DNA of 64,000 bases from a candidate division FCPU426 bacterium (GTDB lineage Bacteria; Oederibacteriota; JAAXVQ01; JAUVAV01): positions 1-64,000 of the forward strand of contig DAOWGI010000090.1 in assembly GCA_030637655.1 (NCBI GenBank), written 5' to 3'. The position numbers were made by a program, and so were the translations under genes. This document shows, in pieces, positions 12,001 to 24,000 of this stretch (position 1 is the stretch's first letter; each line of letters opens with the position of its first letter). The notes beneath the pieces were generated by a model. The model ran no database searches, was not told where the DNA came from, and worked only from the letters and a program-made list of their open reading frames with translations.

Positions 12001-15000
12001 TCATACTATTGACAACAACGAACATATCTAATTTATCTTTATCAGTACCGTCAATAATATTTTCTTTTTCTGTTTCAGTTAAGCTACTCCAGGCGACAGA
12101 TCTTTTTGGGTTCTTTAGTTGTAGTTTATTGCCTTCGTAGGTGATGGTCGTGAATTGTTCCATATGATCAGCGTTATCATAGCCTGAAGCAGGGACTCTG
12201 GTGATGGTGGTGGTAACTTTACCATCGGCCGGTACTGTTTCATAGCGATTGCCAGTCACCGCTGATTCTCTAAGCCTGCCTTTGAGATCATAATCAAAGT
12301 TGCTTTTTTCCTCTGTGTAATAGTCGCCATTGCTGTCAGTATAATGAGTTTTTTTGGTCACGGATGCTAATTGACCGAGCGAATCATAGACCATGTCAAA
12401 TTCCGTTGAAGTGTAGGTTTTGCTGTAGGGTGTCGCGTCTGTTGGATTACCAATAGTCTCTTCAATCACTTCAGTAACTTTTTTCTCAATATTACCCTTA
12501 TCATCATAGGTATACGCTTCAGTGTTTTTGTTTGATTCTTCTATGCGTTTATTACCGTCTATAGTGATACGTGTTTGCCTGGCAATTCTATCTTCATTAG
12601 TATAGTCATGCATGGTGGTCTCTACCGTATAGATATGTTCCGGATTGGTTCCCACTGTTTCTGTAATAGTATTAAATGAATGGATATTTCTACCGGCTGT
12701 ATCGTAGGTCATGTTGGTCAGATGCTCTAATGTCACTTTGGCGCCATTAGTGGTGGTGCGCTTCATTTCAGTCACATCACCATTCTCATTAAAACTAATA
12801 TTTTTAGTATCTACAATATAGCTGCGATAATATAATCTCCCCTCCTTGTTAGCCAATTTTCGAATACCTGACTCTAAAACAGTACTTCTGATGGTTTTGA
12901 GATCATCACCATCATAGGTCATATCAGACAAGCGCTCTTCAATGCGACGATTGGCATCAATGGTTGTGCGTTGCATGCTAATGGCCTGACCACGAGCATT
13001 ATATTTGGCATTCTGCATAATGGTTTGTTTGACTTGAGCTTTGCTCCCAAATGATGATTGAGCTTTTTCTCTGTCTTTTACAGCAATAACATCGTCAACA
13101 GTAATACCTGACGATTTATCAGTCGCAATGGTTAAGATATTGGAATAAATCGTTTGATTATCCTGATTGTATTTCATCCGGGCTAATGTTTTTTCATATA
13201 TCCGCTTATCACCTTCTCTGGTTTCGCGAACAAATCCGGTCATTTGATCAAGATGATTATAGGTCATGCTGCCGGTAATTATTTCCTGAACCTTAGTCCT
13301 GCTTTTGGTGGTCTCGGTGATCATTAAATGAGAGAAGGTTAACCGATTCTCATTATCATAGGCCAAGCCGGACTTGGTCTCTTCGATAATCGTTTTGTCT
13401 TTTTCTTTGGTTTCTTTACGATAGTGTAATTGGTTACCCTTGTCATCATAATCAGAAATTCTTGTTTCAACGGTATAGGTTTTTTCTGCTTTTTCTTTGC
13501 CCTGATAGCGGGTTTCTGTTATTGAAACTTTATTGGCTTTCATCCTGCCTTGTCCATCAAATTGATGCCACAAGGCTTTGGTAACTGAGATACTACCATC
13601 ACCGGGCAACTCAGCCTGGATTGAACCGGCAAAAAGACCGGCTTTTTCAGTATCACTTAATTGATCCCAGGTCTTGATTGCATTACCAACAATGATGTCC
13701 TTACCGGTAAATTTGATTTCTTCATAAGTATCAAGGTGACCTACATTGTTATAGGTAATATTTTGCCTTGAGGATGTCGTGACTCCCGACGCACTGATTT
13801 TGATTTGAGCATCCTTGGCCAGATCATTCAAATCATAGGTTCCGGTTTGTAAGGTGATACCGGAACCATCAACCAAAGCATCAACTTGAGTTTGATCCAA
13901 TTGATAGGTTTGATTATTAATTTGAAAGGTATATTCCAATAGCTGCGTGGCAGTAACTGACTTCAGATCAGCCATATCATTGATCATTTTTAACTGATTG
14001 TTGCTTTCTTCCTGCAAGTCTGCTGTGACTAATTCGATTTGATTAATATGATTTAACATCATATCAAAGCCGGTTTTGATATCTGATTGTTGCTCTTTGG
14101 CAATGACTAAATTTTGTGCAGCAGCATCGACTAGATCCGAAAATTCACTAATATCACCTACAGCTTCTAAGTATTCAGTTGTTTTTGCGAGATAGGCATC
14201 TTTTTGACTTTGGTTATTATTGGTTTCTTTTAATTGATTATAACTGTCAACTAATCCTTGATTGGTTAGATCGCTATGATAATTATCAGCAGCCTTTTCC
14301 CTAAATATTTCTATTTCATTAAACAAGGTAGTAGTATCCTCATAATGTTTTTCAGCATCTTTTAATTTGGTATTTGCTGTTTCATATTCGGTTTTAGCAG
14401 TCTCCCATTGGTATTTCAAGGATGATTCATAAGGTCCGGTTTTTTTCACAAATGCGTCATTGCTGTACCATTCAGTAGACGTATCCTGTGTAGCATACAA
14501 CTCGAAATGTTTGTCTTGATACTCTTTATGAGCAGTAATCATCAATGCTTCGTAATTAATATTGCTTTCAGTACCATCACCCTTTAAATTTGTTTCAGCA
14601 ATATCCATAAGTAATTTTTTATCTTTCATTTCTTTTTCAGATCCAGACAAACCAATTTCATCACCGTGTTGTATAATAAAAAGCGCCAAATTTCTTGCTT
14701 GTACCTGACCATATGCATCACTATTAATCTCAGCCGGGCGGTTATTACTTGAATAGGTTTTTACCTCCACTGAATAATCAGCTTGTAATAAATACTCAAA
14801 ATAAACTGTAGACGAAAAAAAAGAATGTGATCGTTTTATTACTGTACCGACCGGAACCATATTTAATTTTGCTTCACTTTCTTTAACTATCTCTACTTGA
14901 CCGTCATAATTATTTTTGGCTAGGGTATATGCAATTTCTGCAGATGAAAAGGGTTGATATTTTATGTTATATTCACCATATTTCCCCTCATATTCACCTT

Positions 15001-18000
15001 TTTTAATCTTCAGATCTCCAACAGCAACATTATACTCACCTTCAATACCACTATCATTGGGATCATCCGGATCACCTTTTAAGTATATTTCTTTCGCTGT
15101 AAATATAGCGCGCAGTCCACCTGCATCATTTATCGCATGATCTATACCGGATCGTATCGACGATACAATAGCGCCTAATTCATTTAATCCATCTTTCAAT
15201 TGCAGCGCCCGGTTTATTAAGGTGTCAAGATCTTTTTGGGAAGTTAGTTCAGTTTCTAATATTTGTTGATCATTTAAACCAACGTCAATATCATTCTTGT
15301 AATCTTTGTGTGTCCAATTTATTAACACTTGTTGGACAAGGCCAACTGCTTCATCCAGAGCCCTTTCGTCAATATTGATATTATATTTAATGATTAGCTC
15401 TTTTAAAGTTGTTACTTCAGTTAGTAATCCTTTGCCGTTATTTCCAAAATAGTCCTTGATTTGTTTAATTAATTGATCTTGCTTTCTGATTAAAGCACGC
15501 CAATCATTTTCACTAATGATCAAATTCTTCATAGCACCAGCTAATTCAGCCGACGCTGTTGCCAGGACTTCATAGGCATCATCGAGATTATCGCGAGCAG
15601 TATCTTTCGTGTTTTCTTTTTCAGCTACATTAAGATTTTGCGTTGTTAGACGAGCAGTGATGGCATCCATTACAGCTTGCTGATCACTGGCTGGTGGCAA
15701 TTCGTTGTTGAAGTATTTATTTATTAAATTATAGGATTCAATCCATTTATCGTTAGCCGACTTTAAAAGACCTTGCTGAGCATTAATGACTAATTGTTGC
15801 TTGTTGATCATGTCCTGTTGTTGTGACAAGGTTTGGAATATATTACCAGCCTCTGCAAAGTCCTGATACGTATACCCCCGCTTATGGGTGGTGAGATCAT
15901 AGCCGATCATTTGGTTGATGGCATTGTAGGTGACGTTGTTCCATAGATTAATTGTGGTCAGTTCTTTTACTTCTGCGGTTTCATTGATTAAGGCATCGAT
16001 CAGGGTGTTGCGGTCTGCTATGGATAGATTGGACCAGGTGACAGTAAAAGATTGAGTCCCTGGATCCCGGATCAAGTCCGGGATGACGGCAGGTGGGGCG
16101 GTGATGAAAAGATCATCGCCGTTGATGATGGCTTCGGTGTAATCTGTGGCCTGGTCAAAGGTGTTATAGATGTAATTGTACCGGTAGAGATTGGTGATTT
16201 TGCCGTCAGTGGTTTTGCCGACAGTACGTTCATTCATGCGCGCGCTATAGGTGGCTTGGCGCTGGGTATGGCCTTGGTAGGTTACTTCCACATCGGTTAG
16301 GGTTTCTTTTTCCGGTCCGGCGGTATTGCGGGTATTTTCCTGCCAGCTTTCCGGACGGTTGTAAGTATCGTACATGGTATTGACTCGGTGTGTTACTGTG
16401 CCGATATAGTCAAAGGGTTTGAGTTTGGCATAGGCGGTTAGCCAAGCAGGCATATTGCCTTCATCTGTATCATCAATACCGGCAACTGCGTTTGAAAGAT
16501 TCACTACCCCAGCATACGCGGGGCAGGCCAAGGCGCCAAGGGCACCAAGGTTTAAATAATTATTGGTAAGAGCAAAAAGATTCACCACCAGGCTACCTAG
16601 GTCACCAAGGAAAGATAAATCTAAAATACCGGCAAGACCATTAAATAATTCTGTAATATTAGCTGTCATGTCATCAGGTAAACTACCCAGCTTAAGTTTG
16701 ATCCAAGTAATGACATTGGTGATTAAATTTTGCGGTTCAATAGCCAACATGGTGGCGAGTTCGAGGGCCTCAACAATCCAGGCTTTGCCCAGGTCACTAT
16801 TTGGATCCAGAGTCCCCAGTCCCTGTGTGCTTACCAGCCAGGCTGAGAATCGGCGTAAGGTGGCATTGGTCAGATCTTCATCTGCTGTGACATGCACATA
16901 AGAGGATTGTTGTCCTAAATGATTATAGGTGATGCTGTTCATGATGGATTGGGTGGGTTTTTCAGAGGCCTGGCTGCTGAGGATGAGTTCCTGGTAGCCC
17001 GATTGCATGCCCTGGTGCTGCCAGATACGGCTGGAAACATCCGGGCGGATACATGGATCCGCCCCTACGAATTTAATCCAGGTTGTGCCGCCATCTTCTG
17101 AATATTGGGTTGTATCAATATATTCAATATTGGACCGGATCAGACTGGTGGTGGTTTCCTGGGTATCCGCTCCGCTGGAAATAATATTGGTTGTGGTCTC
17201 ATGATAACTGTCCAAAAGGCCATTGGCTTTGAACAGACTGTGTGCGCGCTTTGTTCGTGTGGTTTTGGTTCCCTGGGCGGTATTATGAACAGTCTCACTC
17301 TCAAAGCGGCGCAACTGACCGTGGTCGGTATAGCTGTCACTAAACCCGGCCTGCCAGGTAGTTGTGTAGGTCTCGATCTGTACGCCGTTTTCTTCTATTG
17401 TGCCTTCTTCAGTAGAATCAACAAGCTGCCCCTTGGTGTTATATGACTTGGCTCTTGCTGTCCAATCGAGAGTAATTATCTGATTTTTATCAATGGCATT
17501 GGTTACTTGATGATAATACTCGCGCTGGCCAAGAATGTTATAGGTCTGGTTGGTTACTGTTTTGGTATAGGTGCTGTCAGCTAAATTCCAGCCGACTTCG
17601 CTATAATCAGTTTGTTGTGACAAGTAATTATAGATAGTATCATGCTGGATTTTTTCGTAATAGCCGGATTCGGTCCAGCCGGTTTCTGTAGATGCAAAGA
17701 CGCGGCCTAAAAGATCAAAGGCATTCACCACAGAGAGCACAGAGGACACGGAGGAAGGATTGGTTTGGGTTAAAATCGTTTTATCAATTCCTGCCTGCCA
17801 TTGGCGATCTATGTATTTGCTGCCGCTGATGCCTGATTCTTCATAACCGGTTAGCCAGCCGTGGTCGTCGTAAGTCATATTGGTTCTGGTTAAATCGGTA
17901 TTAACACCGCCTGCTTCGGAATAACCGTTTTCGATGGTATGGGTGGCCCGGCCTTGGTCATCAAAGGCTGTTGCCTGCCAGGTTTTATCATAATTGCCGG

Positions 18001-21000
18001 TCAATGCGCTGCTGCCGGTTTCTTCAAAATAATTCAGGCGGCCAAAAGTGTCATAATCCATGTTAGAGCGGGCGGCGGTTTCACGGGCGAACACCAGGTT
18101 CGCCCCTACGTCGATTTTATCAATTGATTCTTCATAGCCGGTTAATTGATTATCATTATTATAAGTTGCATCGAACCAGTTTTTTTCTTCTTTCTTCTGA
18201 TCTATTTCCTGTCCTGTCTGCGGATCATAATAAGTGGTTAGCGTGCTCTCCAAATAATGCTTCTGATTGCCGGATAAATCATAACTGTCGGAAAAATCCG
18301 CCTGCCAGTCGGTAATGGTTTCTTCGATTAGCAGGGGCACGGCACGCCGTGCCCCTACATGGTGATATCCTGTTAATTGGCCCAGATTATTGTACTTACC
18401 TTGTGACCATTCCTTTTCTGTAACAATACCTAAATCACTGGTCACTACTTCTTTATAATGTTGCATTTGGCCCAAGGTATTATAGGAATCAGCAAAGTCC
18501 GCTTGATAGGTTTTGCTATAAGACGGCATGGTTGTCGTTGACCCGGTCTCACTGTAGCCTGTTTGTTGGCCTTTATTATTATATACAATGCCGGTCTGCT
18601 GTTTGGTATAGTCCTGACTGCCATTGTCAGTGGTTATATAGGTTTCATCCAGAGCAATTACCTGATCTAAAGTATTGTACTCTCCGCTCCACTTGGTGGC
18701 ATAGGCACCGGTAGCAGGTGAGGTTCCGGTTTGAGTATAACCAGTAGTCCTTCCGAAATTATCATACGCCGTTATATTCCAATCCTGAACAATGGTTCCG
18801 CTCTGATTTTCCTGATGGTAGTTATCCAGCTCGCCTTGAGTATTGTAGGTCATTAGAGATCGAATATTGATTTGAGTTTGATCCAGCTTAACTCCGCTTT
18901 GACTGTCTGTTCCAATACGATTAATGGTTTCTTCATAACCAACGATTTGTGCCAGAGTATTGTAATTTATCTGGTTTTTGGTGATCGTTGTTTCTAAGTC
19001 AGGCGAGGCATTGGAAGAGTTGGATTCTGTATAAGCAATCTCGCGACCGGCATCATCATAGGTTGTGCTTTGACGGTTAATACTCTGTATAAGTGATAAT
19101 GTGCCATCCTGTGTATTCTTACTGATTGTTTTGGTATAAGTCAGGCGCTCTCCGCGATGGTTATAAGTAATATCTCCCAAAGTGTCGGTTACAATAACCT
19201 CCGGCTCCTGTGATCCGGCCTGTTCTTCTTGTTGACCTATGAGCTGACCTGACTGATTATAACTTGTGCTCAAACGCTGAATGGTTGTGGTAATAGCCGG
19301 AGCATTAATACCTGCCAAACTATCGCCCTGTTTGATAATGGTTTGATCAAAAGTGTTTAATTGGCCCAGATGATTATACTTGGCATTGCTGTAATCAGTT
19401 ATGGTAGTTGTATTAATATCACTATTTGTGCTTTCTTCCTGCCAGGAAATTTCCTGATTGAATTCATTGTAGGTGATCTTATCGCGGGTGGTAGTTTCTC
19501 GGGCGAACACAAGGTTCGCCCCTACATTTATTTTGTTGATTAATTCTTCATAAAAAATTAATTGACCATAGGTGTTATAGGTTTGTGAGTTTCTTGTGCG
19601 TTCATTAATAACACCTGTAGCTGCAGAACTTGTGGTCTGCTCTTTAAAGCTTATTTCCTGATTATGGGTATTATAAATAATGTTCTGTTTGCCAATAGTA
19701 TAAACCCGCCTCATCGGACCGGTTGCTGATGTTGTGGTACTTTGATTGGTATAACCTGATACCCGTCCTGCCAAATCAAAACCCGCCACAGCATAAGCTA
19801 TTGTTTCTGTCAGATCGGAAGTTAGGGAGCTTTCTTTGGTTTCTGTATAATGAATTAATCTTCCCTGATTATCATACTTCGTGCCCTGGCGCGTAATAGC
19901 AGTTGTCCGGTCCAGCAGGGGCGACCGGCCGGTCGCCCCTACATCCTGTTCATGTTGGGTTTCACTATAGGTTTTTATTCTGCCAAACGCATCATAGCTC
20001 ATTGACGCGCGATTAACCGTTGTAATAACATCATGCCAATCTTCGGTGGTTGTTTCAGTAAAGTCCGTGACCCGGCCTAATACATTGTAGATCGTGGCAA
20101 GTCTTCGGGTTTCTTTCTGAATACTATAAGGCTGATTAACATTTTGGCCCAGAATGGTCTGGTTTTCCAGCCAGGTTTCAAGCTCACCCATATTATTGTA
20201 GGTCTGATCATGCCGGATAACAGTGATTAACAAATCCGCCTGATCACTGCTGCTTAAGTTGTCTTCATATCCTGTTACCCGGCCTTGATTGTCGTAGGTA
20301 ATGGCAGTGCGGTTGGTGGTGGTTTGTAAATCCACAAGAGGGCGGATACTTGGATCCGCCCCTACAACAACCTGGTGATGTTTTTCCTGATACCCGGTTT
20401 GTTGATTCAAGGTGTTATAAAATATTTGATCACGAGTGGTAGTGGTGATTTCATTACCTTTTAGCCTGGTTTCTTCGTATTCTGTCAATCGGCCTTGGTT
20501 GTTATAAATACCTTTCCAGCTACGGGTTGTGCCATCGGTTGTCGCATTAGACGTGATTTCTTCTGTATAACTTTTGATCATCCCGGCCGGATGATAAAGG
20601 ATGGCGCTTCGTACAATGGTCTGAGTGCTATCCAGCGTCTCGGTTCCGGTATTCCCGGTTTGATGCGTGGTTTCTGTAAAGGCGATTTCCCGACCTTGCG
20701 CATTATAGGTCGTACTTTGACGGTCTGTTCTTGTCAAAATCCCCTGAGGAGCTACAGAGCCTTTGGCTCCTTCAAACTTTAAATTCATCCATGCCAGTCG
20801 TCTGCCATGAATGTCATACGCAATGGATTGCAGGGTTTCAACAATGACTTTGTCCGGGGCATCGCTGGAAATGGTTTCTTCAGTACTTAGACTTAATTGG
20901 CCTAATGGATTGTATTCCGTGGCAGTGCGTTTTTTGGTTGTGCTTTTTTGCAATCCCGGCCCTCTGATGCGTGTTTCCTCTTCAAAGGTTTCCAGTTGCC

Positions 21001-24000
21001 CGAATTGATTATACCGGCCTTTGGCCCATAAAACCGTGGTTTGTGTATCCAGCCCCTGGGTTGTTATGGTATCTATGCTGTGGGTTTTCTGACCTAATCC
21101 ATTATAACGCTGATGATTAATAGAACGATTTTGGATGGTTTCATAAACCAGATCGGTTTGTTCATAGGCCCTGGTTGTAATGGTTTCTTCCCGGCTTTTT
21201 TCCTGTGCAAGTCGATTGGTTTTGATATCTGTCACATTGGTCAGTACAATCAGGCCTTGGCCGTCATCCTGTTTTTCAGCATAACCAATCATATGACCCT
21301 GATCATCATACAGCATGTTATAGCGCTCGATAGTTTTGATCACCCCGGTTAAGTCCGATCGTCTGATCTGCTCTTCATAACCAGCTAATTGTCCGCTAGC
21401 ATTGTAGATCATACCCCAACGGCTGGTGATGATCTCAATATACAAATCCACTCCATTGCCGGCCTGCTGAACAAGGCGTTCTTTATAACCTGTCATCTGT
21501 CCTAACGCGTCATAATTAAGCTTTGTCATCCACCGTTCTACAGTCATAAGCGGTGTCATACTGGACCACTGCGTTTCATGGTAACCGGTGATTTGATGTT
21601 TTTTGTTATAGGTAATCTGATCGCGCACATTGGTGTCGATTTTATCTAATCCATCACCTTGGGTGTGAATGGTTTCTGTATAACCGGCTAAGCGCCCGGT
21701 TTGGTCAAAATCTGCCTGAAAACGGGTTCTGGTAATGGTGAGGTCCATGCAGGTCTCAACCATGACAACTGCGCCGGGAGCAAAACTCAAGGTAACATCT
21801 GATCCGCCCGGGGATGTTATCTGAACGGATTTGCCTTCCAGAAGTTCTTGCTGCTGCGTTTGGGTTACTTGATCCCACTGTAGGGGCACAATATTTTGTG
21901 CCCCTACAAATAATGTCATGCCTTCCAGCATAGCCTCGTTCAACTGCCCATAATCAGGCAGTCTATCTTCGGTTGTGCCGACAATACGCTCTACTTCATT
22001 CTGCTGCGCCAATCTTCCCAGACTGTCATAAGTTCTGTTGGTTATATTTCTGGTTGTAATTAAATCAGGAGACTGGGTATCTGTAATGGTTTCAGCATAG
22101 CTCAGAAGCTGACCAACCATATTGTAGGTCATCGCATTGCGATTGGTTGTTGTAATACGTGATTGTAGGGGCGTATTGCCATACGCCCCTACGGTTGTTT
22201 CAATGGTTTCTGCTGCTACCAATCCCGCTGGGGTAAATCCATCTGCTTGCCATGTCACGGTTGTTTTAGTGGGATTCCCCAGGGTTTCTTTTTCTTCGAC
22301 ATACGAGACCATACGGCCGGCGATATCATATTGGATCGGTTGCCGCACACTGCTCTGGGTCAAGTAAAGTACGATCTGCAAAACACCGGTTGTCTGATCT
22401 AATTTGAGTGAACCCAATTCTCCGATGGTCACTATTTCTTCGTTTAGTAGGGGCACAATGCATTGTGCCCCTACTAAATCCGTCCAGTTGATGCCATTGC
22501 CTATACCGGCAATCTGCTTTTCCAGTTCCTGGAGTTTCTCTTCTTCTGTCATGGCGTCCCAATTAGCAGGAAGCGTCTTCACGCCTTCTCCGGTTCTTTG
22601 CGTAATCGAGGTAACAGCAATCTGTTGACCAAGTCCATTGTAAAGCAGGCCACTGATAAAACGCTCACTAACCAGGCCGGTAATATCCGTGACCAACTCC
22701 TGATACCCCATGATTTCATGGCGGCTGTTATACACTGTTCCGCTGCGTTGAATCATGCTGACACCGGCCGGTGTTGCTTCGTCCCATATCTCATCCGTAT
22801 AACCTGTGATCTGACCAAGCGCGTTTCTTATAATATCTGTTCTGGTTGTAATTACGGTATGATCCAACCCGGGCGCTTGTGTGCAACGGGTTTCAATTCT
22901 TGAAAATAGCGTGATATCGGTTACAGTTAAAGTAACCTGCCAGTCCAGTATAGTGCCGTTGGGATCAAGTCCTGTGGTTTCTGTGATTTGGGTGTAGGCC
23001 TGTAATTGTAGGGGCACGGTGCACCGTGCCCCTACCCCCGTATTATTAAATTGAACATTGTCAAACCAGGTACGTGTGGTTAAATTAACGAGTTTATTAT
23101 CATGAGTTGTTCCTGATATTGTCTTAATTTCTTCTCCGCCGCATATTTCTCCATAACCATCATAGTCGCGATCGACAACTTCAGTTACAACTTCGACATT
23201 GGGATCTTTCTGACTAATACTGCTTTTGCGCGATCGCGTAACACGCCCGTATCGGTCATATTGTCCCGCTTGCCAAATCGTGTTTGTACGGTCGGGTTTC
23301 AAACCCGACCCTACGTCTGAAATCGGATTGGTAATCGTTTCTTCATAACCAATCATCTGATGCAGATTGTTATAGGCGGTACATTCCTGAATTCTTTCGG
23401 TCACATTACCGTTCGAGTCTTCAAAGCGCTCTTGAACACTTTCCAGCCTGCCTAATGCGTCATAAACTGCTCCAAACCAGTCATGGCTGGATGTCAGGCC
23501 CCCGGGGTATGTCCAAATTTCTTTATATTTAATCAATCTTCCCAATTTATCATATTCCGCATTCTGCCAGGTTTTCCGGCTTTCGCTGCCATCTGCGCTT
23601 ATATATGTTTCCTGATGGCTTTGAATGCGGCCATATTTGTCATACGTACCATTGCTCCAGACGCGATAGGATACCTGCCCGTAAATATCCGTTACTTCTT
23701 CAATATAATCCGTAAGCTGGCCGTATTGGTTGTAGCCGTTTTGTAGAGACAAGACATGCCTTGTCTCTACGGTGTTATCAAACACATTGGTAGCATCCCC
23801 GTCAAATTGCCCGGCACGCCATTTTGTTTGTGTGCGATGACCGAATACATCTTCACGAATTTCCGTATAGCCTGCCTGATGATCAAATTCATCATAGCGG
23901 GCTTCCTGCCACCAGCGCTGTGATGTGTTGCCCAAAATATCAGTGGCAGACTCATGATAGCTGATAAGCCGGCCCAAATAATCGTATGTTCCCTGATCCC

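Noticed and set aside
17043-23770. Palindromic repeats as a CRISPR array
   Set aside because: Irregular spacing of hundreds of bp, non-identical repeats, located in coding sequence, and no cas genes in the window.
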